This document shows positions 18,222 through 28,626 of a stretch of DNA of 30,762 nucleotides, in pieces (position 1 is the first letter of the stretch; every line of letters starts with the position of its first letter). Under the pieces are notes generated by a model that saw nothing but the letters and a program-made list of their open reading frames with translations, was not told the DNA's origin and did no database searches. The position numbers were made by a program, and so were the translations under genes. Source of the stretch: a candidate division WOR-3 bacterium (GTDB lineage: Bacteria; Hydrothermota; Tepidihabitantia; SM23-42; JAOAFX01); contig JBBILZ010000031.1 in assembly GCA_037444665.1 (NCBI GenBank), forward strand, positions 1 through 30,762, given 5' to 3'.

Positions 18222-20384
18222 CTAAAATTGAAAGTGAATGGGTACATCAGAAAGACCGGTTATATTTTTGGCATCTAAGTCCTTTGCCAAAAAGACCAGT
18301 TCAACTCTGAATATCTTTTTGTTATACTGTTCAGAGAGTAGTTTAAAATACGGTTCTGTTGAATAATGAAACCTAAAATCCTTCGCCTTTTCATATCCTC
18401 CTTTGCCACTTTTTACAATACCTTTGCCATAATGTGAAAAAAGTTGACCATTTGGCAAACATACCAATTTCAGAGCTTTAATATTTGGTTTTGCATGTTC
18501 ATGAATTATCTGAATAATATAGGTCAGGCAGGGTTTTTTATTATCACCTTCTGGATTATAATAATAAGGCAAATTAGGAGTAAATATTTTGTTTACTTTA
18601 TATGAAGTCTGGTTGAGCGCAACATTTATTTTCCCTTTGTAATCAGCAGGGTTATCAATAAGCGCAGTTTTTATTTCAATATGAATAAAGGCATCGTAGA
18701 CTTCAAACATTAAATCTGAACCAATGGGAGAAGAATTGGGAATATGTAAGATTGAGGCAAAAAGATGGTGGAAAATTCGTTCTGCACCTGTATCTAGATC
18801 CGAGGGATGTTTACGATCGCAGCGCTTTTTTATTATTTCTAAATAATCAGGGACAAGTTCTATCAGTATGCCATTTCTTCCTAAATCTCGGGCAACTTTT
18901 CCAGTAGTTCCAGAACCTGCGAATGGGTCTAAAACTATACCCCCAGGTGGACAGCCGGCAAGGATACACCTTCTGACCAATTCTTCAGGAAATGTAGCAA
19001 AATGTGCTTCAGACAAAGGTTGTAATTTTATACTCCATACATCGCCTGGGTTCTTGCCTTTGGGATGAGGTTTGACAGTCTGGAGAACCAAATGGGTTCC
19101 AGTGACCCATCTATCATATAAGTCGTCAAATTTTAGGATTTCTTTCAATTTAAACCAATCATCAGGTAATGGTATTGAACCACCCTTGCCCCAACTACCC
19201 GTATCTTTTCTAAACCAGTGTCCTGCAGTATCACGATAACCGAGGAATTTATCTATTTCTTTAATTGGGATATCCCTTTTCTCACGCCAATATCTTAGAT
19301 AATCAGCAATTAATGGCTGAAAAACTTCATATCTTCTTTGCACTACTAAATATTCACCATATAATGATTTTCTTGCACCCGGTGAAGCACCACGATTGTC
19401 AGGGCTCAATTTAAATTTTCCTGAGTATGATTTTTTTGTAGATAAACATTGGAATAACGAATGGGGCATGACCTCAATCTTATTACTAAAATCGGGCTCT
19501 GATTGAAGAATTGGTTTCGGAAAACCACGGCAGTCACTGTGGTTATGTATGTCAAATATATTTTTTATACTTTTACCGCATTCCTGACATAATAGCTCTA
19601 CAGGAATTTGAGACTCTTGATTAAAATGTTGAACAATTTCAAGCGTCTTTTTTTTATCTTCCCACTCAACTTCTACAAGAATATTATTTCTACTATTTTT
19701 ATAAACTTTTACAACCTCACCTCTTCTTTTATCTTTGGGCATTGGATTTACAACCTCTAATCCCAAGAGGTCTTCAATTTTTTTCTCAATTGAGAAATTT
19801 AAAATAGGAAGTCGCAATTCATCAATAGATAAGTAATAATTGTATTTACTTTCTTCTTTCACAAACAAAAAAATTGGCTCATAGACATTTGAAAACCGGG
19901 TTTCAATTGAAGAAGGCATGGCATTTGGTTTGTGCCATATAATCTTGTTAATAAGTGTCCATCCACTTTTTTGCAAACATGCCGCTATCATTTCGGGAAT
20001 AAGAAGCAATTGTTTATTATAATATTTATAGCCGATATTCAGAAAAAATGTTCCGGTTGATTTTAATACTCGCTTCATCTCAGTGAAGATATTCACCAAG
20101 TTAGATATATATTCTTCATAAGAATTCTCTTGTCCAATTTGTTCAGGATGTTTATAGTCCCGCTGGAGCCAGTAGGGAGGCGAGGTTACAACACAATCAA
20201 TGCTATTATTGGGTAGTCTTTTTATTGCTTTTCTTACATCCCCGATGTATACAATAACATTTTGTTGATTAGAAATTCCACTTTTTTTAAGATATGTCTC
20301 AGAAAGTAATAATTGCTCCCGCAGTAGTTCAGCGTCTGTTTTTGGGGTTGGATAAGTTTTATTTTTTTTCTTGCTATGAGGCAT
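18222..20384 (-). CDS. Beta-class N4-cytosine DNA methyltransferase with large insertion, fused in frame to a PD-(D/E)xK endonuclease-like domain
   Basis: TSPPY (motif IV) precedes DPFAGSGTT (motif I); C-terminal GSDLMFE...IHIEIKT. Confidence 0.82.
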   Translation of the reverse strand: MPHSKKKNKTYPTPKTDAELLREQLLLSETYLKKSGISNQQNVIVYIGDVRKAIKRLPNNSIDCVVTSPPYWLQRDYKHPEQIGQENSYEEYISNLVNIFTEMKRVLKSTGTFFLNIGYKYYNKQLLLIPEMIAACLQKSGWTLINKIIWHKPNAMPSSIETRFSNVYEPIFLFVKEESKYNYYLSIDELRLPILNFSIEKKIEDLLGLEVVNPMPKDKRRGEVVKVYKNSRNNILVEVEWEDKKKTLEIVQHFNQESQIPVELLCQECGKSIKNIFDIHNHSDCRGFPKPILQSEPDFSNKIEVMPHSLFQCLSTKKSYSGKFKLSPDNRGASPGARKSLYGEYLVVQRRYEVFQPLIADYLRYWREKRDIPIKEIDKFLGYRDTAGHWFRKDTGSWGKGGSIPLPDDWFKLKEILKFDDLYDRWVTGTHLVLQTVKPHPKGKNPGDVWSIKLQPLSEAHFATFPEELVRRCILAGCPPGGIVLDPFAGSGTTGKVARDLGRNGILIELVPDYLEIIKKRCDRKHPSDLDTGAERIFHHLFASILHIPNSSPIGSDLMFEVYDAFIHIEIKTALIDNPADYKGKINVALNQTSYKVNKIFTPNLPYYYNPEGDNKKPCLTYIIQIIHEHAKPNIKALKLVCLPNGQLFSHYGKGIVKSGKGGYEKAKDFRFHYSTEPYFKLLSEQYNKKIFRVELVFLAKDLDAKNITGLSDVPIHFQF

Positions 20385-20389
20385 ATTTT

Positions 20390-20417
20390 ATTATAACAAA
20401 TTAGTTTCCAGTGCCAA
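20390..20417 (-). promoter_or_regulatory. sigma70 promoter, leaderless (methylase)
   Basis: TTGGCA (20417-20412), N16, TATAAT (20395-20390), N5, ATG at 20384. Confidence 0.65.
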
Positions 20418-20510
20418 GACAGTTCAATAAGGATTAAAGTTAGAGCGGTTAAAAAAACCCTGTGCTCTCTCAACCATACCAGCATCTATGCCCAACAACC
20501 ATTGCCCATT

Positions 20511-21017
20511 TCATATAAATCTCTCAAACCTCTCCTTTTTTGCCTTGCAGATGGGGCAGACTTCAGGTGGAAAATCTCGGGCACAGAGATAACCGCAGAC
20601 CCTGCACCGCCAGACCGGATAGGGGAGAGCTCTATTAATCATTGAACCCGTTGTTTGGTCTTTTTTTCGCTGGTCAGGTGAAGGTCTCCTTTCCGGGATA
20701 GATTGCAATTCTATTTCGCCGTTTAACACCTTTTCTGATACATACAATCCGCAATAACAGGCGCCAAATTCTGAGATATCTGCATCCCGGTAGTCACACG
20801 GACAGATTATATCCAGGTCATCCTGTTTATTCTCTGATGCAAGCCTGCATGGACAAGCAGAATATCCATACCGTTTTTGATTTACTATTAAAGATTTTAC
20901 CAGTTGCTTTGTGAATTCTTCATCAGGATTCAAATGATACCCACCTTCCTCGGCATCTTTTTTGAGTCTCTCATATAGTCTTTCAACTTCTTCAGTTATC
21001 CTATTCTCTTCACTCAT
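20511..21017 (-). CDS. Ferredoxin:thioredoxin reductase catalytic-like subunit fused to rubredoxin domain
   Basis: CPCR...ICPC...CYCGLY, then C-terminal WRCRVCGY...CPIC; SD AAGGAG. Confidence 0.92.
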   Translation of the reverse strand: MSEENRITEEVERLYERLKKDAEEGGYHLNPDEEFTKQLVKSLIVNQKRYGYSACPCRLASENKQDDLDIICPCDYRDADISEFGACYCGLYVSEKVLNGEIELQSIPERRPSPDQRKKDQTTGSMINRALPYPVWRCRVCGYLCARDFPPEVCPICKAKKERFERFI

Positions 21018-21052
21018 ATTTCTCCTTTAGTTTATTATAATCTTCAATAATA

Positions 21053-21229
21053 TCATTCAATATTGCAATCACTTCCTTCCATTATCTCGCTTAATGGGAA
21101 TCCCAATTTTACACCTATGAGTGGCCCAGGATTATAATATAAGCCACAATTTATATATTTGCTTCTGTATGATACTTCACCAGGACTTTCACCAGCATAA
21201 CCCCAGTAACTGAACTTCGTTATACTCAC
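21053..21229 (-). CDS. Small hypothetical ORF (58 aa, GTG start)
   Basis: MSITKFSYWGYAGESPGEVSYRSKYINCGLYYNPGP...; preceded by AAGGAG and a consensus promoter; no family recognised. Confidence 0.4.
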   Translation of the reverse strand: MSITKFSYWGYAGESPGEVSYRSKYINCGLYYNPGPLIGVKLGFPLSEIMEGSDCNIE

Positions 21230-21250
21230 TTCCTGTGCTCCTTTAAATTT

Positions 21251-21327
21251 ATTATAGCCGATAATTAATGAGTGTCAAGACAACTGACTGATTTTCCTAT
21301 TGACAACTTAATAAGATAAAATATACT
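21251..21327. promoter_or_regulatory. Back-to-back divergent sigma70 promoters
   Basis: Minus: TTGACA (21278-21273), N16, TATAAT (21256-21251). Plus: TTGACA (21300-21305), N16, TATACT (21322-21327). Confidence 0.75.
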
Positions 21328-21469
21328 GATAATATAATAAAGAGGGAAAATTATTGGAAAGGGGGTGATGCCGATGGCAAGACAAATCTTCTCCAAAATT
21401 TAACCCTGGATTTTGGAGAAAAAAATTGAGTAATCAGGGGAAAAGCAAAAACAGTAAACAGGAGGAAAA

Positions 21470-24400
21470 ATGGCTAAGACTATCTATCTATCTATCTATC
21501 GGACTTTTGAGCATCCTGTTTGCTCAAGGTCCATATACCCTATCCTTTGACCTTTCTCAGTTTGAATTCAGTGTTGAGAATGGTTATGATAGGGTAAAGG
21601 GAGTAGGGATGTCCGCAACAACGGACACCGGTGCACCAGAATTGCCGCTAAAATCACTCAATTTCATTCTACCTAATGGTAAAATGGTTCAAGATGTACA
21701 AATTCTTTCTCTTTCATTGGTTGCCATTGCAGGAACTTACAATATTTATCCAGTGCAACCACAAGTTCCAATGACTGCTCCACCACCGCCTTGGGTAGAA
21801 CCAGATTCTTTTATCTATTCACAAGATGCACTTTTTCCAGATTCAATTCCAATCAAAGTAACGCACCAAGGCAGTTTTAGTGGTATACCATCGGTAACGA
21901 TTGTCACATATCCACTGCTTTACAATCCTGTCAGTGATAGCCTTTACCTTGTTCAATCTGTTACTTTTAATTTCGTCCTTGAATCTATGGCTCTTTCTCA
22001 GCGTCCACAAATCATGGGTGAGAGAGTCTTCCAGTTATATAAAGAGTCAATAAAAAGCAGTGTTTATAATCACTGGGAGGTTGATGCCTATTACACACCA
22101 CCACCACTTGTGCCCGATGAGGAGTTAGTCTGGAGAGGGGGTTATGATGTTGCCATTGTTACAACTCCAGAGATGGCACTTGCCTATCAACCATTAGCAA
22201 AATGGCTTGTGGAAAAAGGTATGCCTTGTACTATTATAACTACTGATTGGATTTATGCAATGTATGATGGACATTGGACCTATCAGGACTACGCGGGTTG
22301 GTCGGAAGAACATATCGGTGATGATGCATCAAAGATAAAAGAATTCTTATACGATGCTCATTGGAGTCGTGGTCTTGCCTTTGCGATCTTGGGGGGATCT
22401 TCCCAAAATATTTATCCCACGAATTACTTTCCTTGTAGATATGCGTTTGGCTACCCTGGCGACCTGTATTTCCAAGATTTTACTGGCAATTGGCTAAGTA
22501 ACCCCGACTATCAGGAAGAAATCTGGATTGGCAGGATTCCTGCCTGGGAATACGACCAAGCTCTTTCTTGGGTTGAAAAGCGAATAAAGTACGAAAAAGC
22601 ACCTGTGAATAGAAATCTAATGATACATTCACTCTGGATAACCCAAGAGAACGAACCACCCTCTGGATGGCAGTTCAGAGAATATATGGAAAAAACAAAA
22701 AATTGGGCATTCCCACCGTACTTTATCCAACATCAATTAGTTGATTTTCTCTGCGATCCTGAACACCACGCTCTTATAGACACACTCAGTATAGGTTATG
22801 GGATTATCTCCCATTATGGTCACGGTGCGCCAGATGGCATCAGAACAAATACATACGATTACAGCCATCCATATAAACAACTTCTTGAAAGCTATGAGCA
22901 CGATAATTTTCCTTCCCTCGACGAGTTGTACAATGTAGATAAATACTATATCTTTTATTCGGCTGGATGTGCAACTGCAGATTTTGACGAACTTGGATAT
23001 CACGGCTGGAGTTGCTGGGACCCCACAGATCCATTACCTTGTGTAGCAGAGGGTTTTGCTTCGTTCTACCGATTAGATATTCCTCAAAATCATAGGCCCT
23101 CTATAGGAGCCGTAGCTTACATCGGCAACACAAGAGATGCATGGGGTCCAAGTTTCTGCTTACATAGAAACTTCATATGGCATTTGTTAAATGCTAATAA
23201 TAATCCGGTAGGATATATTATCGGCATTGCGGAGGCTAAATCTAAATATTCCGGTATTCATGGATGGGAAGAAATCGGTTGGTACCATGCTATAATGAAC
23301 AATCTCTTCGGCTCACCCGAAATGCCTGTCTGGACTCAGAATCCAAAGGATATGGTTGTTAAACATCCTGATGCAATCCCGGCAAATTTGCCGATTAACT
23401 TTGAAGTCACAGTCTATGAGGATCCGGCCGGTGCGCAGCCGCTACCAATCTCCAATGCCCTTGTGGTGCTTTATAAATCAGGTGAAGTCTATCCTGAAAT
23501 TTACGAATCAGAGTTCACAAATGCAGAAGGGAAGGCATATTTGAGTATTACTGCACCTACAACAGGGGTGATGAAGGTGACCGTAACAAAACATAACTAC
23601 ATCACTTATCAGGGTAATGTCCAGGTCTTTGAGTTTGATGTCGCTATTCCGACATCCCATACTGCCTATTCTGAAGGGAAGAAACTGATTCGCCAGGTAA
23701 ATACAGAAAACCTCCACCTATCTTATACTTATGTTGATTTTGAAGGTGGTGTGAATGGTCCCGATGACTACAGTGCGTATAGCCTCTCTACTGATGGAGG
23801 TTCGTCCTGGGTGCAAGGGAATAATGTCCATCGCTTTGCAAAAAACCCAAGCATTGGTCTTACAACCGAGTCAACACCCCGTCCCTGCATTGCCTATCGG
23901 AATTCCTTAGAGCCCTATCAAGTTGACCAACCAGCAGTGATTTATTTTGCCCGTTATGATGAGCCAAACTGGACTATTTATACCATTGACTCCTACCCCT
24001 GTATCCCTGGCGTATTCTATCCAAGGGTCTTGCCACCCGCAATCCGCATTGATGCAAACAATATCTGCCATATGGTCTATGCAGGAATCCTTTATGCACC
24101 AAATAAGGCGTATGTTATCTACAAGCGCTTTGATGTCTTCAATCCTACTACCGAGACTGTAATTATTGATTCTACTACAGTTCCTTCGGATTGGGAGTTA
24201 TCTTTACCAAGCATTGCTTTGCAATATGGCTATCCGCATATTGTCTATGACTTTCCTCCACAGGCAGGAGAGCCAGCAAGTGAAATCTGGTATAAATGTC
24301 TCACCGAGAGTGGCTGGACAGACCCGATAAATATCTCCAACTCTTATACAAATCCGTCGCTCCATCCGTTTATCCATCTTACCAATGAGAAGGCGATTGT

Positions 24401-25502
24401 TGTCTGGAGTGAGGAGGAGACACCGGGTAATGCACAGAGCAGGGAAATCTATCAGGCAGAAAGGTTCTTGAATCAACCACCGAATACCTGGACAAAATGG
24501 AAAGTGGTTGAGACACCGAATCAGACCTCTGCTTGGCCAGTGCTTACTGCCAATGGTAGGATTTTGGTCTGGTGCGAAGAAAGGTTGATTGATGGCAAGA
24601 GGAACTGGGAGGTTTTGTATCATTCTGAGACTTACGGCGACGGCAATTTAAGCAATACTCCCTATACGCAATCGCTCTATCCTTCAGCAGATTGGCGTCA
24701 AACACTCACTGGAATATATCTCTATTCCGCCTTTACTGAAGACTATGCATCTGAAGCCAACCCCTGGATTTTTGGTGTAAAGTCTGTAAGAAAGGACATG
24801 CAGTATGTGCCAACTCCTCATTCTACAATCTATGCAGGTTCAGAGACACCATCTCCTTATTTACTCCAGCGTGATGGTTTTATTCTTTATGAAAATTACC
24901 CTGTGGATTATGATTCAACCGAGTTAATCTACAAATTCAGTGGATTGAATCCTGATTTGCATTATCGGCTTGATATAACTGCCTACCATGAATCCGGAGG
25001 CGAATGGCGTGAATGGGTGAAGGTTGATAATACTGCCCAGCATCTGGTCAAATATTCTACGGGTATTCCAAAGACAGTAGAATTAGCCGTGCCACCATCA
25101 ACATATAAGAATGATGGCGAGATTATTGTGCGGATTAAAAAGATTAGTGGTGATTTTGCAATGTGCCATAAAGGAAATCTCTATGAGTTTGAAAAAGAAG
25201 AAGGTGGCGGACCCCAAACTGCAATGACCATTCCACTAAGACCTGCCTTTGGGATGAATGTTTATCCCAATATTTTCACTCATAATGCGGTCATTCAATA
25301 CACCATACCCGACAAACAGTTTGTCCGTTTAGACCTCTACGATATAATCGGTAGAAGGATTAAAATGATTATAGAAGGCACTGTGGAACCGGGTATTTAC
25401 TCCTGTAATCTCAATTCTTCTGACCTCAGTTCCGGTATTTACTTTTTAGTTCTCAAAGGTGATAAAGAAACAAAAACACAAAAAATGCTAATTGTAAGAT
25501 AA
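21470..25502 (+). CDS. Gingipain-like peptidase C25 (propeptide, catalytic domain, beta-rich region, sorting CTD); start frameshifted by (TATC)5
   Basis: G.PELP propeptide, IGRIP, HYGHG (His), SAGCAT (Cys), NLFGSPEMPVWT and CTD YPN...YDIIGRRIK...SGIYF. The SD-ATG at 21470 is out of frame with the body. Confidence 0.85.
21480..21500 (+). repeat. Tetranucleotide tandem repeat C(TATC)5
   Basis: CTATCTATCTATCTATCTATC starting in codon 4 after ATG 21470. Confidence 0.95.
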
Positions 25503-25508
25503 GAGTAA

Positions 25509-25547
25509 ATTGGGGGCGTAGATGTATACGTGGTCTACGCCCCCAAT
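25509..25547. repeat. Intergenic 14-bp inverted repeat (hairpin, no U-tract)
   Basis: ATTGGGGGCGTAGA ... TCTACGCCCCCAAT. Confidence 0.75.
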
Positions 25548-25559
25548 GAGGAGGCTACA

Positions 25560-26918
25560 ATGTTATTGCTTGTTTTATCATTATTAAATACCTGGACGAT
25601 GGAGGTAGTTACTACTGGTGCTGCACCACCCACTTTTTGGACATGCCCCATTATTATTCTTGACTCATTAACAAAACCATATATCCTTGTTCAGAGAGAA
25701 AGAACTGAACAAACTAATTTCCTTTTATTATATTCTAAAGAAAATGGAAATTGGATTGCCGATACTTTTGAATCAAACCAGAGTCACCTGTATACAACCA
25801 GCATTGATATGGTAATTGATCCACAAAATCGTATCTGGTGCGTCTACACAATTTCTAACCCGTATGCTCTGATAGTAGCTCATAAAAATTCCTTCGCTTG
25901 GGAAAAGGATACGCTGGATACTTTTCCATCTTCTTGGGCTTCAATAATAAGCGATTCAAATGCCATTCTGCATATTGCTTATCAGGCTGGAAGTCTGATA
26001 TATGCGTCCCTGCGTGGTTCAATGTGGGAGAAGGAAACGGTTGATAGCGAGATTTATACTGAATCTGGATGTGCAATTAATCTGGATTTACTTGGGCAAC
26101 CACAAATTAGTTATTTCCGCTATGGCAGCATAATGGGTGACAAATTATGGTATGCACACAAAATTGATAATCAGTGGCATTTTGAGGAAATTGATAATCC
26201 AGATGTGCCCAATTGGGATCCTACATCAATCCGACTTAATGTCGATAATCAGCCTTGTATAGTGTATTGTCCAACAGGACGTCTAAGATATGCTTATAAA
26301 GATACCGTTTGGCATATTGAATTAGTCAGCAGCAGTGGCGGGCAAATTGCTACTCATAAATCACTGGTAATAGATTTCCTGAACCGTCCTTACATCCTTT
26401 ATTACTACGGGGGCAACACAATATTGGCACATAAAGAATCAATTAGTTGGCATGAAGAGATGTTGCCTCTCACAGCCACAACAACCAGGGGTTATGGAGG
26501 TTCATTGCAGATTGACAGAGAAGGAGTGTTCCATATTGCTAGATTTGCTACGAACAACGATGGGACATATTACGAGGTCCACTACATCTACGGCACACCG
26601 GAAGAGATCGAAGAGGGATGGAAAGACGAGATTCCCAAAATTAAGGGTTTAAAATTAGGGATTTATCCAAATATTGTAACTCATAATACCAAGTTGGAGT
26701 TTACGATTCCTGAGGAACAACATATCAATTTGGCTCTTTATGATGTTTTAGGACGCAAGGTAAAATTATTCATAAATGGAAACTTTGAGCAGGGATGCTA
26801 CAGACTCACTTGGGATGGAACCGATGATTCTGGGAGGAAATTGAGTGAAGGTGTCTACTTCATTCGCCTGGATAATCAAACAGAGGCGTTTACTCAAAAA
26901 GTAGTAATTCTGAAATAA
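25560..26918 (+). CDS. Secreted beta-propeller-like protein with FlgD-Ig/T9SS-like CTD (paralog of 28627..29967)
   Basis: Repeated W..E.VD / P.I.Y / L.YA blades; CTD WDGTDDSGRKLSEGVYF; SD GAGGAGG before ATG 25560. Confidence 0.8.
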   Translation: MLLLVLSLLNTWTMEVVTTGAAPPTFWTCPIIILDSLTKPYILVQRERTEQTNFLLLYSKENGNWIADTFESNQSHLYTTSIDMVIDPQNRIWCVYTISNPYALIVAHKNSFAWEKDTLDTFPSSWASIISDSNAILHIAYQAGSLIYASLRGSMWEKETVDSEIYTESGCAINLDLLGQPQISYFRYGSIMGDKLWYAHKIDNQWHFEEIDNPDVPNWDPTSIRLNVDNQPCIVYCPTGRLRYAYKDTVWHIELVSSSGGQIATHKSLVIDFLNRPYILYYYGGNTILAHKESISWHEEMLPLTATTTRGYGGSLQIDREGVFHIARFATNNDGTYYEVHYIYGTPEEIEEGWKDEIPKIKGLKLGIYPNIVTHNTKLEFTIPEEQHINLALYDVLGRKVKLFINGNFEQGCYRLTWDGTDDSGRKLSEGVYFIRLDNQTEAFTQKVVILK

Positions 26919-26924
26919 AAATTG

Positions 26925-26961
26925 AAAAGGGGGCTCTCAATTTCATTGAGAGCCCCCTTTT
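26925..26961. terminator. Terminator-like hairpin
   Basis: AAAAGGGGGCTCTCAAT-TTC-ATTGAGAGCCCCCTTTT. Confidence 0.65.
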
Positions 26962-26974
26962 GATGGAGGTGGTT

Positions 26975-28558
26975 ATGAAAAGAATCCTTCTTTTACTCTC
27001 TTTCCTTTCAACGATTTGCTTTGGTCAGATTGAGAGGTGGGTTTATAGGTATGGCGGCATTGGAACCGATGAGGCACATAGCCTTGTTTATGGTGCTGAT
27101 GGGAACTTATATGCTGCCGGGGTGAGTTGGAGCAATAGCACAGGTAATGACTTCACAGTGATTAGTCTCAGTAATTCAGGAACCGAACGATGGGTATATA
27201 AGTATAATGGGCTACTAAATTACAATGACCAGGCATCCACAATAGTTTATGGCAATGGAAATATCTATGTCGGTGGTTCAAGTTATGGAAGTGATACCAT
27301 TAATCATCTCACTGTAATCAGTCTTACACCAGATGGCACTGAGCGCTGGATATATAAATTTCATAGCCCAACTACAATAGATGGATACGCCAAGCAGATT
27401 ATTTATGCACCCGATGGAAATATTTATGTGGTTGGTGCAATAAAAAAGATAAGCACAGGATATGATATTATTGTAATCAGCCTCACTGAAGGTGGAGCAC
27501 AACGGTGGGTCTATACCTATACAGGTCCTTCCCAATGGCAGGATTGTGGAAACTCAATTATCTATGGTGTTGATGAAAATATTTATATTGCTGGCTTTAT
27601 TACCGATTACACTGAAACTTTTACCGTCATTTCCCTTACAAATTCTGGTGCATTCCGCTGGATGTATCAATATTCCTACTGGAGTGATGCCCTGTGTATT
27701 GCCTATGGTCCAGACAATAATCTTTATGCCGTTGGAAATTTTCTGTATGGAGGACAAATGGTCTATTCTGAACCGCTGGCAATCTCACTCAATAACTCAG
27801 GGATTGAAAGATGGGTTTATACAAGTACAACAAGTCCTGCGGGTAGCACCTCTGGAGTTTTGGGGGCTGATGGCAATATCTATCTTGCTGGGTCCTATGG
27901 ATGGGATATTCCTTTTCTTCTTGTTGAAACCGTCTCAGATTCGGGAGACTTTAGGTGGAGATATATTGATACTACATGGGGCTATGCGAAATCAATTATA
28001 TACGGAAACGATGGCAATATTTATGCTTGTGGACTCACCTCTGATACCTGGCAGGGTGGAGAAACTTACTTTACAGTTGTTAGTCTTACTAATCTTGGTG
28101 GCCAACGATGGATGTATAGAAAAAATCTAGTGCCAGAAAGTTATTGGGATATTGCCAATTCAATAGTTTATGGTCTTGACGGAAATATCTATGCTGCAGG
28201 CCAAACTGGAGACAGCATCACTGGCAGCGATTTTACTGTTGTTAGTCTCAATCCAACCGGAATTGAGGAAGATAAAATTAGTAGCGCCCTTAAAAATAGA
28301 GGACTAAAACTTGATGTCTTGCCAAATATTATTACCAGAAATGCCCTTATCCATTATGCCCTTGAGAAGAGAGAGCACATCGGTTTGGCACTTTACGATA
28401 TTCTCGGCAGACTGGTTGCCCAAATTGCCGATGGCATCTTTGAGCCCGGAATTTATACTCACCGCCTGAATACAGACGAACTGAGCTGCGGTATCTACTT
28501 TTTGGTTCTGAGAGGCGAAAAAGATATAAAAACGCAAAAAATCATGATAATAAAATAA
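26975..28558 (+). CDS. Secreted beta-propeller repeat protein (SBBP-like) with T9SS-like CTD
   Basis: Signal MKRILLLLSFLSTICFG|Q; about 8 repeats of YG.DGNIY.AG...FTVISL...G..RWVY; TGIEE linker and CTD. Confidence 0.85.
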   Translation: MKRILLLLSFLSTICFGQIERWVYRYGGIGTDEAHSLVYGADGNLYAAGVSWSNSTGNDFTVISLSNSGTERWVYKYNGLLNYNDQASTIVYGNGNIYVGGSSYGSDTINHLTVISLTPDGTERWIYKFHSPTTIDGYAKQIIYAPDGNIYVVGAIKKISTGYDIIVISLTEGGAQRWVYTYTGPSQWQDCGNSIIYGVDENIYIAGFITDYTETFTVISLTNSGAFRWMYQYSYWSDALCIAYGPDNNLYAVGNFLYGGQMVYSEPLAISLNNSGIERWVYTSTTSPAGSTSGVLGADGNIYLAGSYGWDIPFLLVETVSDSGDFRWRYIDTTWGYAKSIIYGNDGNIYACGLTSDTWQGGETYFTVVSLTNLGGQRWMYRKNLVPESYWDIANSIVYGLDGNIYAAGQTGDSITGSDFTVVSLNPTGIEEDKISSALKNRGLKLDVLPNIITRNALIHYALEKREHIGLALYDILGRLVAQIADGIFEPGIYTHRLNTDELSCGIYFLVLRGEKDIKTQKIMIIK

Positions 28559-28626
28559 TACTTATTCGTTAATCCCCTAATCTCCTGCTTATTAAAAATA
28601 CAGGAGACCCGGGAAGGAGAGCACTT

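Noticed and set aside
19080..19830. Intein in the methylase
   Set aside because: No C/S start block, HN-C/S/T end or LAGLIDADG motif is evident.
21426..21469. TTG start of the 1358-aa ORF
   Set aside because: It has no SD and adds a hydrophilic leader; the SD-ATG at 21470 gives a better signal peptide.
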